In this document: in pieces, positions 1-8,628 of the stretch
Numbering within the stretch: the first letter of the stretch is position 1
Layout: the number at the start of each line of letters is the position of its first letter
Source: Promethearchaeota archaeon
GTDB taxonomy: Archaea; Asgardarchaeota; Lokiarchaeia; Sigyniarchaeales; SOKP01
Length of the DNA stretch: 20,829 nt
Reading direction: 5' to 3'
Assembly (NCBI GenBank): GCA_048938855.1
Contig: JBHLLT010000037.1
Location: 1 to 20,829, forward strand
Translations under genes and position numbers: made by a program
The notes under the pieces: generated by a model
What the model saw: the letters and a program-made list of their open reading frames with translations, nothing else
Told to the model about the DNA's origin: nothing
Database searches by the model: none

Positions 1-50
1 TTTGCAATATAACTCTCAGATTTCTTAGCAGGTGCTTTCTTTTTAGCCAT
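1..50 (-). CDS. 5' end of a gene running off the window; Lys/Ala-rich N-terminus MAKKKAPAKKSESYIA (possibly a tailed histone-fold or other basic protein)
   Basis: ATG at 50-48 on the minus strand preceded by a strong GGAGG Shine-Dalgarno; frame is open to position 1. Product identity is a guess from only 16 codons. Confidence 0.6.
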   Translation of the reverse strand, partial: MAKKKAPAKKSESYIA

Positions 51-664
51 ATTTATTCCTCCACTCTTTATTTAGTTTAATTTAGTTTATATTTTAGATG
101 TTAATTAAGTATAACTACACATTTCTATTATATAAATGTTATGATTGGAATCAATAGAGGTATGAAAGAGCAATAAGAGATCATATGGAATCGAAAATGA
201 GATTGTTTTATTAATTTGATATTAATTTTTCCGACTAAAAACGATTTTTAATTTTTATTAAATAAAAGCATCGTTTCTTTATTTTTTGAATTTTTACTAT
301 TGCGAATAATTCAATTGATCCAGTGGGTATTTTATTAATCGTTAATTAAATTGTGTGAAAATTTTAATGAATTGAGAATTGGAAAAATTATATATTTGAC
401 CTCCTAAAGCCTTGAATTCTAACATTTTTCAATATTCGCTGTTATAAAATAAATCGGTGAGCATTTATATGAAAAATCATAGCAGAACAATTTTTTTAAT
501 CTTTTTTAAATCTAACAACACAAAATAAAGAATTAAAATTAGTTTGAAATCCTCAAAACTTAAAAAATTATAATTTTATGATTTTTTCAAATATAAAAAT
601 TAAAATATAATATCTTAGATTAGTGTATTAAAAAAAAATTTGTGATCTCTAGTTTTAATTGGTT

Positions 665-1501
665 ATGTCGAAATTGAAAAAGATGGATGATTCTGAAATC
701 GAAGAAGCACTTCAAACCTTAGGCTTTACTAAAAATGATTCTAAGGTCTTACTGACATTAAGCAAGTTTAAGATCCTTAGTCCTGCTGATATTGCTAAAT
801 ATTCAGGTGTGGATAGAGCAAGAGTGTATGATTCATTAAATAGATTAATAGAAAAAGGATTTATTCAAAAAGAGCCAATTAAACGAGGGGCAAATTACCA
901 AATAATTCCGATTGAAAGAATTTTTAAGGTAATCCGTGAAGATTATAAAGAAAGAATTCAGGAAACGTTATCTCTAGAAAAAATTATCAGCGATTTGGAA
1001 ATTGACAAAGAAGAATCTGAACCAAGGGTGTGGTCTATAAACACGAGGTCCAAAATTCGTAAAAAAGTTAAAGAGTTAATAAGTTCTGCGAATGATAGAA
1101 TTTTTTTCATAATCACACCAGATTTACTAATGCAAGAATTAGGAGGATATGATTGGGTATTAAAAGAACTATGGAATAAGAAATTTTCTTCAGAGATTCA
1201 AATTGTAATAGCATTAAAATATAATGAACTTTTAAAAGAAGAAATTAAAAAATTATTGAAAATTTCAATTAAGATTCATTCAATCGAGGGAGATAATGTT
1301 ATACCGTTTGGATTATTAATAACCGATAATCAATTTTTACTCACTACATTAGATAGTGTCAGAGAGGCTCCAGAATATACTTCTGGTTTATGGTTAGAAA
1401 ACGGGACTCCCAAACAACTTGTAGGATATGAACATTTATTTAAACATTTTATTACAAGTGAATGTAAATTAATCCAACTAACACCACCGAAAAAAACCTA
1501 A
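665..1501 (+). CDS. TrmB-family transcriptional regulator
   Basis: N-terminal wHTH typical of TrmB (LGFTKNDSKVLLTL...ADIAKYSGVDRARVYDSLNRLIEKGFI) followed by a PLD-like effector domain (ELISSANDRIFF...LLITDNQ). ATG at 665 is preferred over the TTG at 659. Confidence 0.85.
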   Translation: MSKLKKMDDSEIEEALQTLGFTKNDSKVLLTLSKFKILSPADIAKYSGVDRARVYDSLNRLIEKGFIQKEPIKRGANYQIIPIERIFKVIREDYKERIQETLSLEKIISDLEIDKEESEPRVWSINTRSKIRKKVKELISSANDRIFFIITPDLLMQELGGYDWVLKELWNKKFSSEIQIVIALKYNELLKEEIKKLLKISIKIHSIEGDNVIPFGLLITDNQFLLTTLDSVREAPEYTSGLWLENGTPKQLVGYEHLFKHFITSECKLIQLTPPKKT

Positions 1502-1604
1502 ATTAAATTCCTTAATTTAATTAAAAATAAATAATAAAAAAAATTTATAATTTAAAGTCAAAAATATATTTTTATTACTTTTAAGAGAATAGGGAAACTG
1601 TATT

Positions 1605-2162
1605 ATGTCTTATCGCGGAAAGGTTATATTACTCGGAGACGCAGGTGTTGGGAAAACTAGTCTGTTAGCTCAATATGTGGATGGTCGCTTTAGTGAAGAA
1701 TATCATCAAACGACAGGAGCTAATTTCCTAATAAAAGAAATTGATTTAACTAGGATAATAGATCAATTGGATATAAAAAACCCGAAATTAAAGAAAGATA
1801 TTAGGGAAAAGGGTTTCAAATTATACTTCTGGGATATTGGCGGGCAAACAGATAAATTATGGGCTAATGAATATTATTTTGTTCAAGCAGTTGGAGCGAT
1901 GGTTATTTTTTCCTTAGATAAAGTATCTTCATTTGAACAAATTGATTTTTGGATAAATAAATTAAAAGAATTAAGTGGAGATGTACCATATGTTATTGTT
2001 GGAAATAAAACAGATTTACAAAGAAAAATTAATACTGAATTAATTCAAAATAAAATAAGAGCTGTTGGAGTAAAATATTTTGAAACTTCAGCAAAATTAA
2101 ATGAGAATGTAGATGAAGCATTTGAGAGTTTGTCTGTTCAGATTTTGAACACTTTTAAATGA
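1605..2162 (+). CDS. Rab/Ras-superfamily small GTPase (eukaryotic signature protein)
   Basis: G1 GDAGVGKTS, G2 TTGANF, G3 WDIGGQ, G4 NKTD, G5 ETSAK; no C-terminal Cys prenylation motif. Confidence 0.93.
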   Translation: MSYRGKVILLGDAGVGKTSLLAQYVDGRFSEEYHQTTGANFLIKEIDLTRIIDQLDIKNPKLKKDIREKGFKLYFWDIGGQTDKLWANEYYFVQAVGAMVIFSLDKVSSFEQIDFWINKLKELSGDVPYVIVGNKTDLQRKINTELIQNKIRAVGVKYFETSAKLNENVDEAFESLSVQILNTFK

Positions 2163-2249
2163 AATCTAAATAATCTTATATTTTAAAACTCATTTTTGTC
2201 CTTAATAATTTCAGTGTTATTTAGTTTTTAGGTTTATTTATCATATACT

Positions 2250-2984
2250 ATGAGTATTTTACTAATCCCCATTGCCCCACTAACACGGACTAAATCTAGA
2301 CTTAGAGATTGTTTTTCTAACCAACAGCTTAAAGACTTAACTATCGCTATGTTTAAAGATCTTGGAAAGACGCTACTCAATGTAACATGCTTCGATCAAA
2401 TGATAGTGTACTGTAATACTCCAGAGATATTAGAACTTGCTAAAGATTATAATTTAATTGGGATTAAAGAGGAATTATCATCTCCTCGTAAATCATTTGA
2501 CGAGGTTATAGAAGATCTTAACGAGATCGCTATTAAGAAATTTGATGCGAAACAAACTGTATTTTCATTTTTGGATTTAATCTTAATTTCTTCAGAAAAT
2601 TTCAATGAAATTCATCAATTAATTCAAAAGAACCAATTAGTTATATGTCCTGCTATTCATTCAGCAGGGATTTCCATTTTTGGCCGAAATCCTCCAAAAA
2701 TTATTCCCTCTTTTTTTTCAGATCCAAATGTCCCTTCTCTTGTTGCTTTACTGAATTATGCTTCACAGAAGGATTTAGAAAAAATAGCTGTTTATGATTC
2801 TTTTAGAGCAGGATTTGACATCGATATAAAACAAGATTTAGTTTTAGGATATGAATACTTAAAAATATTAAATTTAAGGGATACGGAGGTTTTTAGATTC
2901 CTTGAAAATAACCTAAAAATAGCTCTTAAAAAAAGTAAGGTAAGTAATAATCGTATTTTTAAAATTAAAAAAAGAAAATCCTAA
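2250..2984 (+). CDS. cofC: 2-phospho-L-lactate/PEP guanylyltransferase (coenzyme F420 biosynthesis)
   Basis: N-terminal ILLIP...TKSRL motif, LTIAMFKDL, central DL, late FDID..DL motif characteristic of CofC. Confidence 0.75.
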   Translation: MSILLIPIAPLTRTKSRLRDCFSNQQLKDLTIAMFKDLGKTLLNVTCFDQMIVYCNTPEILELAKDYNLIGIKEELSSPRKSFDEVIEDLNEIAIKKFDAKQTVFSFLDLILISSENFNEIHQLIQKNQLVICPAIHSAGISIFGRNPPKIIPSFFSDPNVPSLVALLNYASQKDLEKIAVYDSFRAGFDIDIKQDLVLGYEYLKILNLRDTEVFRFLENNLKIALKKSKVSNNRIFKIKKRKS

Positions 2985-2985
2985 T

Positions 2986-4218
2986 TCAGAATGAAAAGGT
3001 TATGTTTAATTTAACTTTCTCATTTATTATTTCTTCGACTGATGCTTGAAATTCTTCTCTTTCAGTTTTAAGAGCATTTAAATACCTTGTGTAATCTTTA
3101 TTCTTTCGATTATAATCTGCCTCAACATGTTCGAGTTTTATTGTATTCGAAGAAATTTGATTTTTTATATCTTCTAATTTCTGAGCTAACCCAGCATCTT
3201 CAATTTTATTTTCAATATCTTGAATTTTGTCTTTAATTTGCAAATATTCTTCAATATTCGCTTGTAATTGTTTTTCTTCAAAAATTGTATTAATTTGCTC
3301 AATAGTTTTTTCTTTTGTTTCAGTTTTTAAATTCAATTTATTTTCTTCTAATATATGACGTAATTGAACCATAAGAGCCGTAAATTTGGGTAAATCTTTC
3401 CGTTCAGTAATTAACTTTTTTATTGGATTTTTAAGAAAATCTCGCATATAATTTATGTCAATATTAGGAATGAGAATTGTCCCTTTCTCTAATTCGAACT
3501 TCAATTTCTTTAATGCTTTTTTGAATCCAATTTCGTCGTTGATTTTTAGCTGTAATTGGAAAAGAGTGTCTTTTTCAGTTTCTAATTCTTTAAAAAGAGT
3601 ATTCTTTTCGATGTTAACCAATTCTGAATTGAGCTCTTCTTGATTTCTATTTCGCGCCTCTAGGTCCTCTTCAAATTTATCTAAATCGAGTTTAGCATGT
3701 TCAATATTTTCTTTCAGATGGAAGATTTTTGGTAGTTTCTTAAGTAAATATTCTGCTTCTTTGACTTCAGTATACTTTTTTCTCATGAATTCTTCTAATT
3801 GTACTTGCTTTTTCGTTAATTTTCGAGTTATATAGTTAAGTTGCTTTAGTTCTGCTTGAACTTCTTTATGAAACTTCGGTAACGACTTTCTGGCAATTTC
3901 ATTAATACTCGTAAACAGCCTTTTAACTGAACCAATTAATTTTAGAATGTTATCATAATCTAATTCTTCTTCAGGGACTTCAATTTCGTCAATTTCTTTT
4001 CTTATCCGATCAGAAAAAAAATTAAGAGATCTCTGAGCTTTTTGATCAATTTTTTCCATTCCGGTTTCTAAGAAACGATCTAAACACACTTTTATTTCAA
4101 TTAAATTCTCTCTAACTTCTTCAATTAATTTCTTGGTAACTCTTTTAATTTTAAAAAATTGAGCATTCACTCGCTGTTTATAGAATTCTTCAAAATCTTC
4201 AAGATCTTGTTCTATCAT
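2986..4218 (-). CDS. Hypothetical long coiled-coil protein
   Basis: 410-aa ORF rich in E/K/L with heptad character and no catalytic motif; starts 18 nt after the serS stop, so probably co-transcribed. Confidence 0.75.
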   Translation of the reverse strand: MIEQDLEDFEEFYKQRVNAQFFKIKRVTKKLIEEVRENLIEIKVCLDRFLETGMEKIDQKAQRSLNFFSDRIRKEIDEIEVPEEELDYDNILKLIGSVKRLFTSINEIARKSLPKFHKEVQAELKQLNYITRKLTKKQVQLEEFMRKKYTEVKEAEYLLKKLPKIFHLKENIEHAKLDLDKFEEDLEARNRNQEELNSELVNIEKNTLFKELETEKDTLFQLQLKINDEIGFKKALKKLKFELEKGTILIPNIDINYMRDFLKNPIKKLITERKDLPKFTALMVQLRHILEENKLNLKTETKEKTIEQINTIFEEKQLQANIEEYLQIKDKIQDIENKIEDAGLAQKLEDIKNQISSNTIKLEHVEADYNRKNKDYTRYLNALKTEREEFQASVEEIINEKVKLNITFSF

Positions 4219-4236
4219 TTTATGTTCGATTAGTTT

Positions 4237-5526
4237 TTATTTTAATGGTTTAATAATCTTTTTACCATTCATATATTTCTGAAGTACTACTGGAATTGTA
4301 ATTGAATGGTCTTTATTTTGATAATTTTCAAGAATGCAACATATAGTGCGTTCAGTTGCTATTGCGGTAGAATTCAAGGTATGCAATATTTCTTTTGCTT
4401 GTTGTGAACCAACTTTTCCCACTCGGATTTTCAATTTTCTTGCTTGATAATCCAAACAATTACTGCATGAAACGAGTTCACGATATGTCTCTGATGCTGG
4501 AAACCACGCTTCTAAATCATACTTTTTAGCAGCATTATCATTTAATTCTCCAGAAGCAATGTTTGCTATTCTGTACGGTATTTTTAACTCTTTATAAAGC
4601 TCTTCAGCATTAGTTATTAATTCTTCAAAATGATTCCATGAATCTTCAGGTTTGCTGAAAATAAACTGTTCTACTTTCTCAAACCGGTGAACTCTGAATA
4701 TTCCTAAAGTATCCTTTCCATGAGATCCCGCTTCTCTTCTAAAGCATGATGAAATTCCGGCATACTTCAAAGGTAATCTTTCAGGTTCAATAATTTCATT
4801 ATAATGATATGCTGCTATAGTTTGTTCGGAAGTCGCAATCATATATAGATCTTCATCTTGAATTTTATACAGTTGTTCTTCAAAATCTGCTAATTCTGCA
4901 GCAGCCTTCATTACTTCATGTTTAGTGAAAAAGGGGGTCCAGATTGGTAGATAATTCTTGCTTGTTAATTTCTCTAAAGCAAATTTTAAAAGAGCTAAAT
5001 TGAGAAGCACTAAATCTCCTTTTAAATAGAAAAATCTTGATCCTGCAATTTCTGAAGCTTTTTTAGTATCTGCTCCTCCAATTTTGGTAATTAAGTCGAC
5101 ATGAGAAAGAGGTTTGAAATTAAATTTTGGGACACTCCCCACTGTTCTAAGAATCTCATTTTCCTCTTCGGTTTCTCCTCTAGGAACAGATTCATGTAAG
5201 ATATTCCCTACCATGTAACGGTATTTTTCTCTTTGTTCTAGATATTCTGTTGTTAATTTTTCTAATTCATCAATTTTATCTTTAACTTGTTTTGACTCAG
5301 CTATAGATTCATCAGCTTTCTCCGTATCACCAACCTTTTTGAAATTTCCGATTTTGAGAGAAATTTCATTCCTTTTTTTTCGTAATTCTTCTATCTCTTG
5401 TAAAGCAGCTCTCCACTTTTTATCAAAATCTAATACTTTCTCTGCATTTGAAGGATCTTTGAACCTTTTTTCCTCTGATTTAATTATGTCATCTAAATTT
5501 TTTCTGAACAGTTCAATATCAAGCAA
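4237..5526 (-). CDS. serS: Seryl-tRNA synthetase (bacterial/eukaryal-type class II)
   Basis: MLDI start, N-terminal coiled arm, ATSEQ, FRREAGSHGKDTLGIFRVHRFEKVEQF, ELVSCSNCLDYQAR, HTLNSTAIATER. TTG start with an AAGGAG SD just upstream. Confidence 0.97.
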   Translation of the reverse strand: MLDIELFRKNLDDIIKSEEKRFKDPSNAEKVLDFDKKWRAALQEIEELRKKRNEISLKIGNFKKVGDTEKADESIAESKQVKDKIDELEKLTTEYLEQREKYRYMVGNILHESVPRGETEEENEILRTVGSVPKFNFKPLSHVDLITKIGGADTKKASEIAGSRFFYLKGDLVLLNLALLKFALEKLTSKNYLPIWTPFFTKHEVMKAAAELADFEEQLYKIQDEDLYMIATSEQTIAAYHYNEIIEPERLPLKYAGISSCFRREAGSHGKDTLGIFRVHRFEKVEQFIFSKPEDSWNHFEELITNAEELYKELKIPYRIANIASGELNDNAAKKYDLEAWFPASETYRELVSCSNCLDYQARKLKIRVGKVGSQQAKEILHTLNSTAIATERTICCILENYQNKDHSITIPVVLQKYMNGKKIIKPLK

Positions 5527-5621
5527 AGTCTAGCTCCTTGGATCTAACTTGAAAATTATAAATTCTGATTATTTTATTAAAATGTGAAATTGATTCAAAA
5601 ATATTGTTATAAAAATTTTTA

Positions 5622-5807
5622 TTATTCATGCTGAATTCTATCAGTAATTTCACTTCGAGCTAAAGCTGTTTTAATCTTTCCTTTATCATAACCCACCATA
5701 TCAATTATCTTCATTATTTTAATCCTCCTACTCTTACCTTTTAAACCAGCTTCTAACATGAACTCTTTAGCATAATCTTCTTTCTTTTTTTCTTCTGACT
5801 CAGACAT
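5622..5807 (-). CDS. Small hypothetical protein (61 aa)
   Basis: ATG at 5807 gives MSESEEKKKEDYAKEFMLEAGLKGKSRRIKIMKIIDMVGYDK...; protein-like composition; co-oriented with serS. Confidence 0.65.
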   Translation of the reverse strand: MSESEEKKKEDYAKEFMLEAGLKGKSRRIKIMKIIDMVGYDKGKIKTALARSEITDRIQHE

Positions 5808-6034
5808 ATTGTTAAATAATTTTTTTTTCAATAAAAAATTCACGAGACCTCCATTAAAGGATTTTTTGAAAATTAAACGATTAAGAGATAAAACAAAAGA
5901 AAATAAATTAAACCACTTATTGAACTCTAATCAGAAAAAATAAATTATTTCCTTAATTTCAAAACCCAATAAAATTTGATATAAAATTTCAAATTAACTA
6001 CAAAATTGTGGTGACACTATACAAAAAGGTGAAA

Positions 6035-8095
6035 ATGATGTCTGATAAACAGACCATGGAGAAAAAAATATCTGGTAAAGAGGCGGGTAAAGATAAAGGT
6101 AAAGATAACATTCGCATAGGCGTTTACGTATGTCGGTGAGGAGTAAATATAGGAGCCGTTGTAGATTGTGATGCGGTCAAGGATGCCATTGAAAATCTTC
6201 CAGATGTTGTTATTGCGAGAACTAATGATTTTACATGTAGCGATCCTGGACAAAATTCTATTAGAGAAGATATATTAGAATATGAGCTAAATAGAGTAGT
6301 AGTTGCTGCATGCACACCAAAAATTCATGAACCCACTTATCGGGCTGTATTAGTTGAAGCAGGCTTAAGTCCTTACTATTTTCAAATGGTGAATTTAAGG
6401 GAACATTGTTCTTTTGTTCACAGAGATGATAAAAAAAAAGCAACTGAGAAAGCGATAAGATTAGTTAAAGCAGGAATTAATCGCGCTCGAGAATTAGAAA
6501 ATATACCACGAAAAGAAATTCCTGCTGAAAAGGCAGTGCTAGTAATAGGAGCAGGTATTGCCGGTATGAATGCAGCTCTAGATTTAGCTAATCAAGGAAT
6601 TCCAGTATATTTAATTGAGAAAGAAGCTACTATTGGTGGTAAAATGGCACAATTAGATAGAATTTATCCAACGGATGATTGTGGAATATGAGTCTTGGCA
6701 CCGATAATGGTAAATGCTTCAAAACATCCGAATATAAATTTATACACATACAGTGATGTTGTGGAATTTTCTGGTATCCCTGGAAATTACAATATAAGAA
6801 TCCGTAAAAATCCACGTTATATAGATGAAAAGAAATGTACAGGTTGCGGATTATGCACAACTAAATGTCCTATTAAAGTTCCTAGTGAATTTGACAGAGG
6901 TATTGGTGAAAGAGGTGCTATTTATATTCCTTTTCCTCAAGCAGTACCAAAATTAGCTGTAATGGATCGGAGTGTTTGTATTGAATGCAAAAATTGTGAA
7001 AGAATATGTCCAGCTGAAGCAATTAATTTTGAACAAGAAGCAGAATATATTGATGTCAAGGTAGGTGCTGTGATTATTGCAACTGGTTGGGACGAATATC
7101 CAATATGGGAATCAAATGAATATCATTATGGTTATTACCCTGATGTTATTACTCAAATAGAATTAGAAAGGCTGTTAAGTCCAATTGGACCGACTGGAGG
7201 ACATGTTTACAGGATATCCAATGGGGAAACACCAAAAACTGTAGTAATGATTCAGTGTGTCGGCTCGAGAGATGTTAATGCTAATCCATATTGTTCATTT
7301 GTGTGTTGTAGTGTAGCACTTAAAAATGCTCAATTACTGCTACAAGAATATCCAGATATGGAAGTAATTCTATTTTACATTGATATACGAACTACAGATA
7401 AAGGTAATGAAGAGTATTATCGAAAAATAAGAGAATCTGGTATTCGAATGATTAGAGGAAAAGTGGGTGAAATTGTTGAAGATAAGGAGAATAATAAGTT
7501 AAAAGTTCGAGCATACTCATCTTTAACTGGAGAAATTGTAAAAATTGATGCTGATTTAGTTGTTCTATCAACAGGAATGATTCCTTCTAAAGGTACCGAA
7601 GAAATGGTTGAAGTAATGGGATTAAGCAAAGGTCCAGGAGGCTTTCTTTCTGAAATTCATGGATGTTTAAACCCACAAGAAACAAAAGATATAGGAATAT
7701 ACATTGCTGGATGCGCAGCAGGTCCAAAAAATATTCCTTATTCAGTATCTTCTGCTTTAGCAGCTGCAAGTAAAGCATCAACTCTCTTATCCCATGATAC
7801 TATAAAACAAGAACTAATTATTGCTGAAGTTGATAAGGATCTTTGTATGGGATGCCGTAGATGTGAAAAACTATGCTCTTACGAAGCAATAAAAGTAAAC
7901 GAGGATGAAATTGCTGAAGTAGATGATTTAAAATGTAAAGGTTGTGGAGTATGTGTATCATCTTGTCCAGCAAGAGCTATAGATTTAAAATATTACAGAG
8001 ATAGGCAATTTAGTCAAGAAATAAAAGGTATTGGATGTAGTGATGCTGAAACAATAGAAATACCTTCTGAAAGTATTGAAGAATTAACGGATTAG
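6035..8095 (+). CDS. hdrA: Heterodisulfide reductase subunit A, selenoprotein (686 aa; Sec-UGA at 6137-6139 and 6689-6691)
   Basis: One continuous frame from ATG 6035 (GGTGA SD) to TAG 8093-8095 if two TGAs are read through. They fall at conserved Cys positions: RIGVYVCR*GVNI (consensus CHCGxNI) and YPTDDCGI*VLAP. Also present: VVAACTP, NLREHCS, FAD motif GAGIAG, two ferredoxin domains, QCVGSRD...YCSFVCC. Confidence 0.95.
6074..6109 (+). repeat. Three imperfect 12-nt tandem repeats in the hdrA N-terminal extension
   Basis: GGTAAAGAGGCG GGTAAAGATAAA GGTAAAGATAAC, encoding GKEA-GKDK-GKDN. Confidence 0.6.
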
Positions 8096-8105
8096 AGGAA
8101 AAAAA

Positions 8106-8534
8106 ATGGTTGGTAACCAAAACGATTATTCACGAAGAATTATAGCCTTTGGCTGTGATAAATGAGGGTATTCAGTAGCAGATTTAACAGGAGTTACACG
8201 AAAATCATATTCAACTGACTTTCACCTCATACGAGTCAGATGTACAGGGCGAATAGGAATACACTTAATTATGGAAGCTTTTCTCAATGGTGCTGATGGT
8301 GTTGCAATAATCTCTTGAAAAAAAGGAGAATGTGAATTCGGTAATGGTAATACTAATACATATGAACATGTAATCACTTTAAAAAAAATATTGAAGCATG
8401 AAGGTATATCTGAGGAAAGAATCCAACAATATTTCTGTTCAGCTGCAGAAGTTGAAAAATTTATGACTTCAGTTGAAGATATATCATCCAGAATTCAAGC
8501 CCTCCCTCCATTACCTAAAAATAATCCGAATTAG
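8106..8534 (+). CDS. mvhD: MvhD/VhuD [2Fe-2S] subunit, selenoprotein (142 aa; Sec-UGA at 8163-8165 and 8316-8318); absent from the ORF track
   Basis: Manual translation: MVGNQNDYSRRIIAFGCDK*GYSVADLTG...IRVRCTGRI...AFLNGADGVAIIS*KKGECEFGNGN...GISEERIQQYFCSAAEVEKF...PKNNPN-TAG. Both TGAs align to MvhD Cys/Sec positions. GAGGA SD overlaps the hdrA stop. Confidence 0.93.
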
Positions 8535-8594
8535 AATGATCTTTTCAAAAAAATATTAGTTGAAGAGAAACTAACCCGCGGCTCGGGTTTTCGG
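8535..8594 (+). promoter_or_regulatory. Candidate SECIS-like RNA structure 3' of mvhD
   Basis: AUGA (8536-8539) directly followed by a 9-bp stem UCUUUUCAA/UUGAAGAGA (8540-8548/8560-8568) with an A-rich loop, then a GC-rich hairpin AACCCG-cggcu-CGGGUU (8573-8589). It lies immediately downstream of two UGA-containing genes. Confidence 0.55.
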
Positions 8595-8628
8595 AAAAAT
8601 TAGAATTTAAATATTATTTAGCATAATT

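Noticed and set aside
51-658. Long AT-rich intergenic region as ncRNA, CRISPR array or replication origin
   Set aside because: No regular repeats, GC-rich stems or ORB-like boxes seen; short palindromes are expected at this AT content.
2160-2162. Sec read-through of TGA stops in the GTPase, nadE, zupT and others
   Set aside because: These TGAs fall at the expected protein ends, not at Cys-homologous positions, and for the GTPase another stop follows within a few codons.
6017-6443. Minus-strand ORFs 6017-6253, 6124-6315 and 6261-6443
   Set aside because: Antisense shadows of the recoded hdrA 5' region with no recognisable motifs.
6386-6691. ORF-track 101-aa ORF (and 6695..8095) as separate genes or an hdrA pseudogene
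   Set aside because: They are in-frame pieces of one hdrA broken only by TGA at Cys-equivalent sites; Sec recoding explains them better.
8038-8082. GUGA...UGAA stem in the hdrA 3' end as an internal SECIS
   Set aside because: Pairing is short and the GA/GA quartet is out of register.
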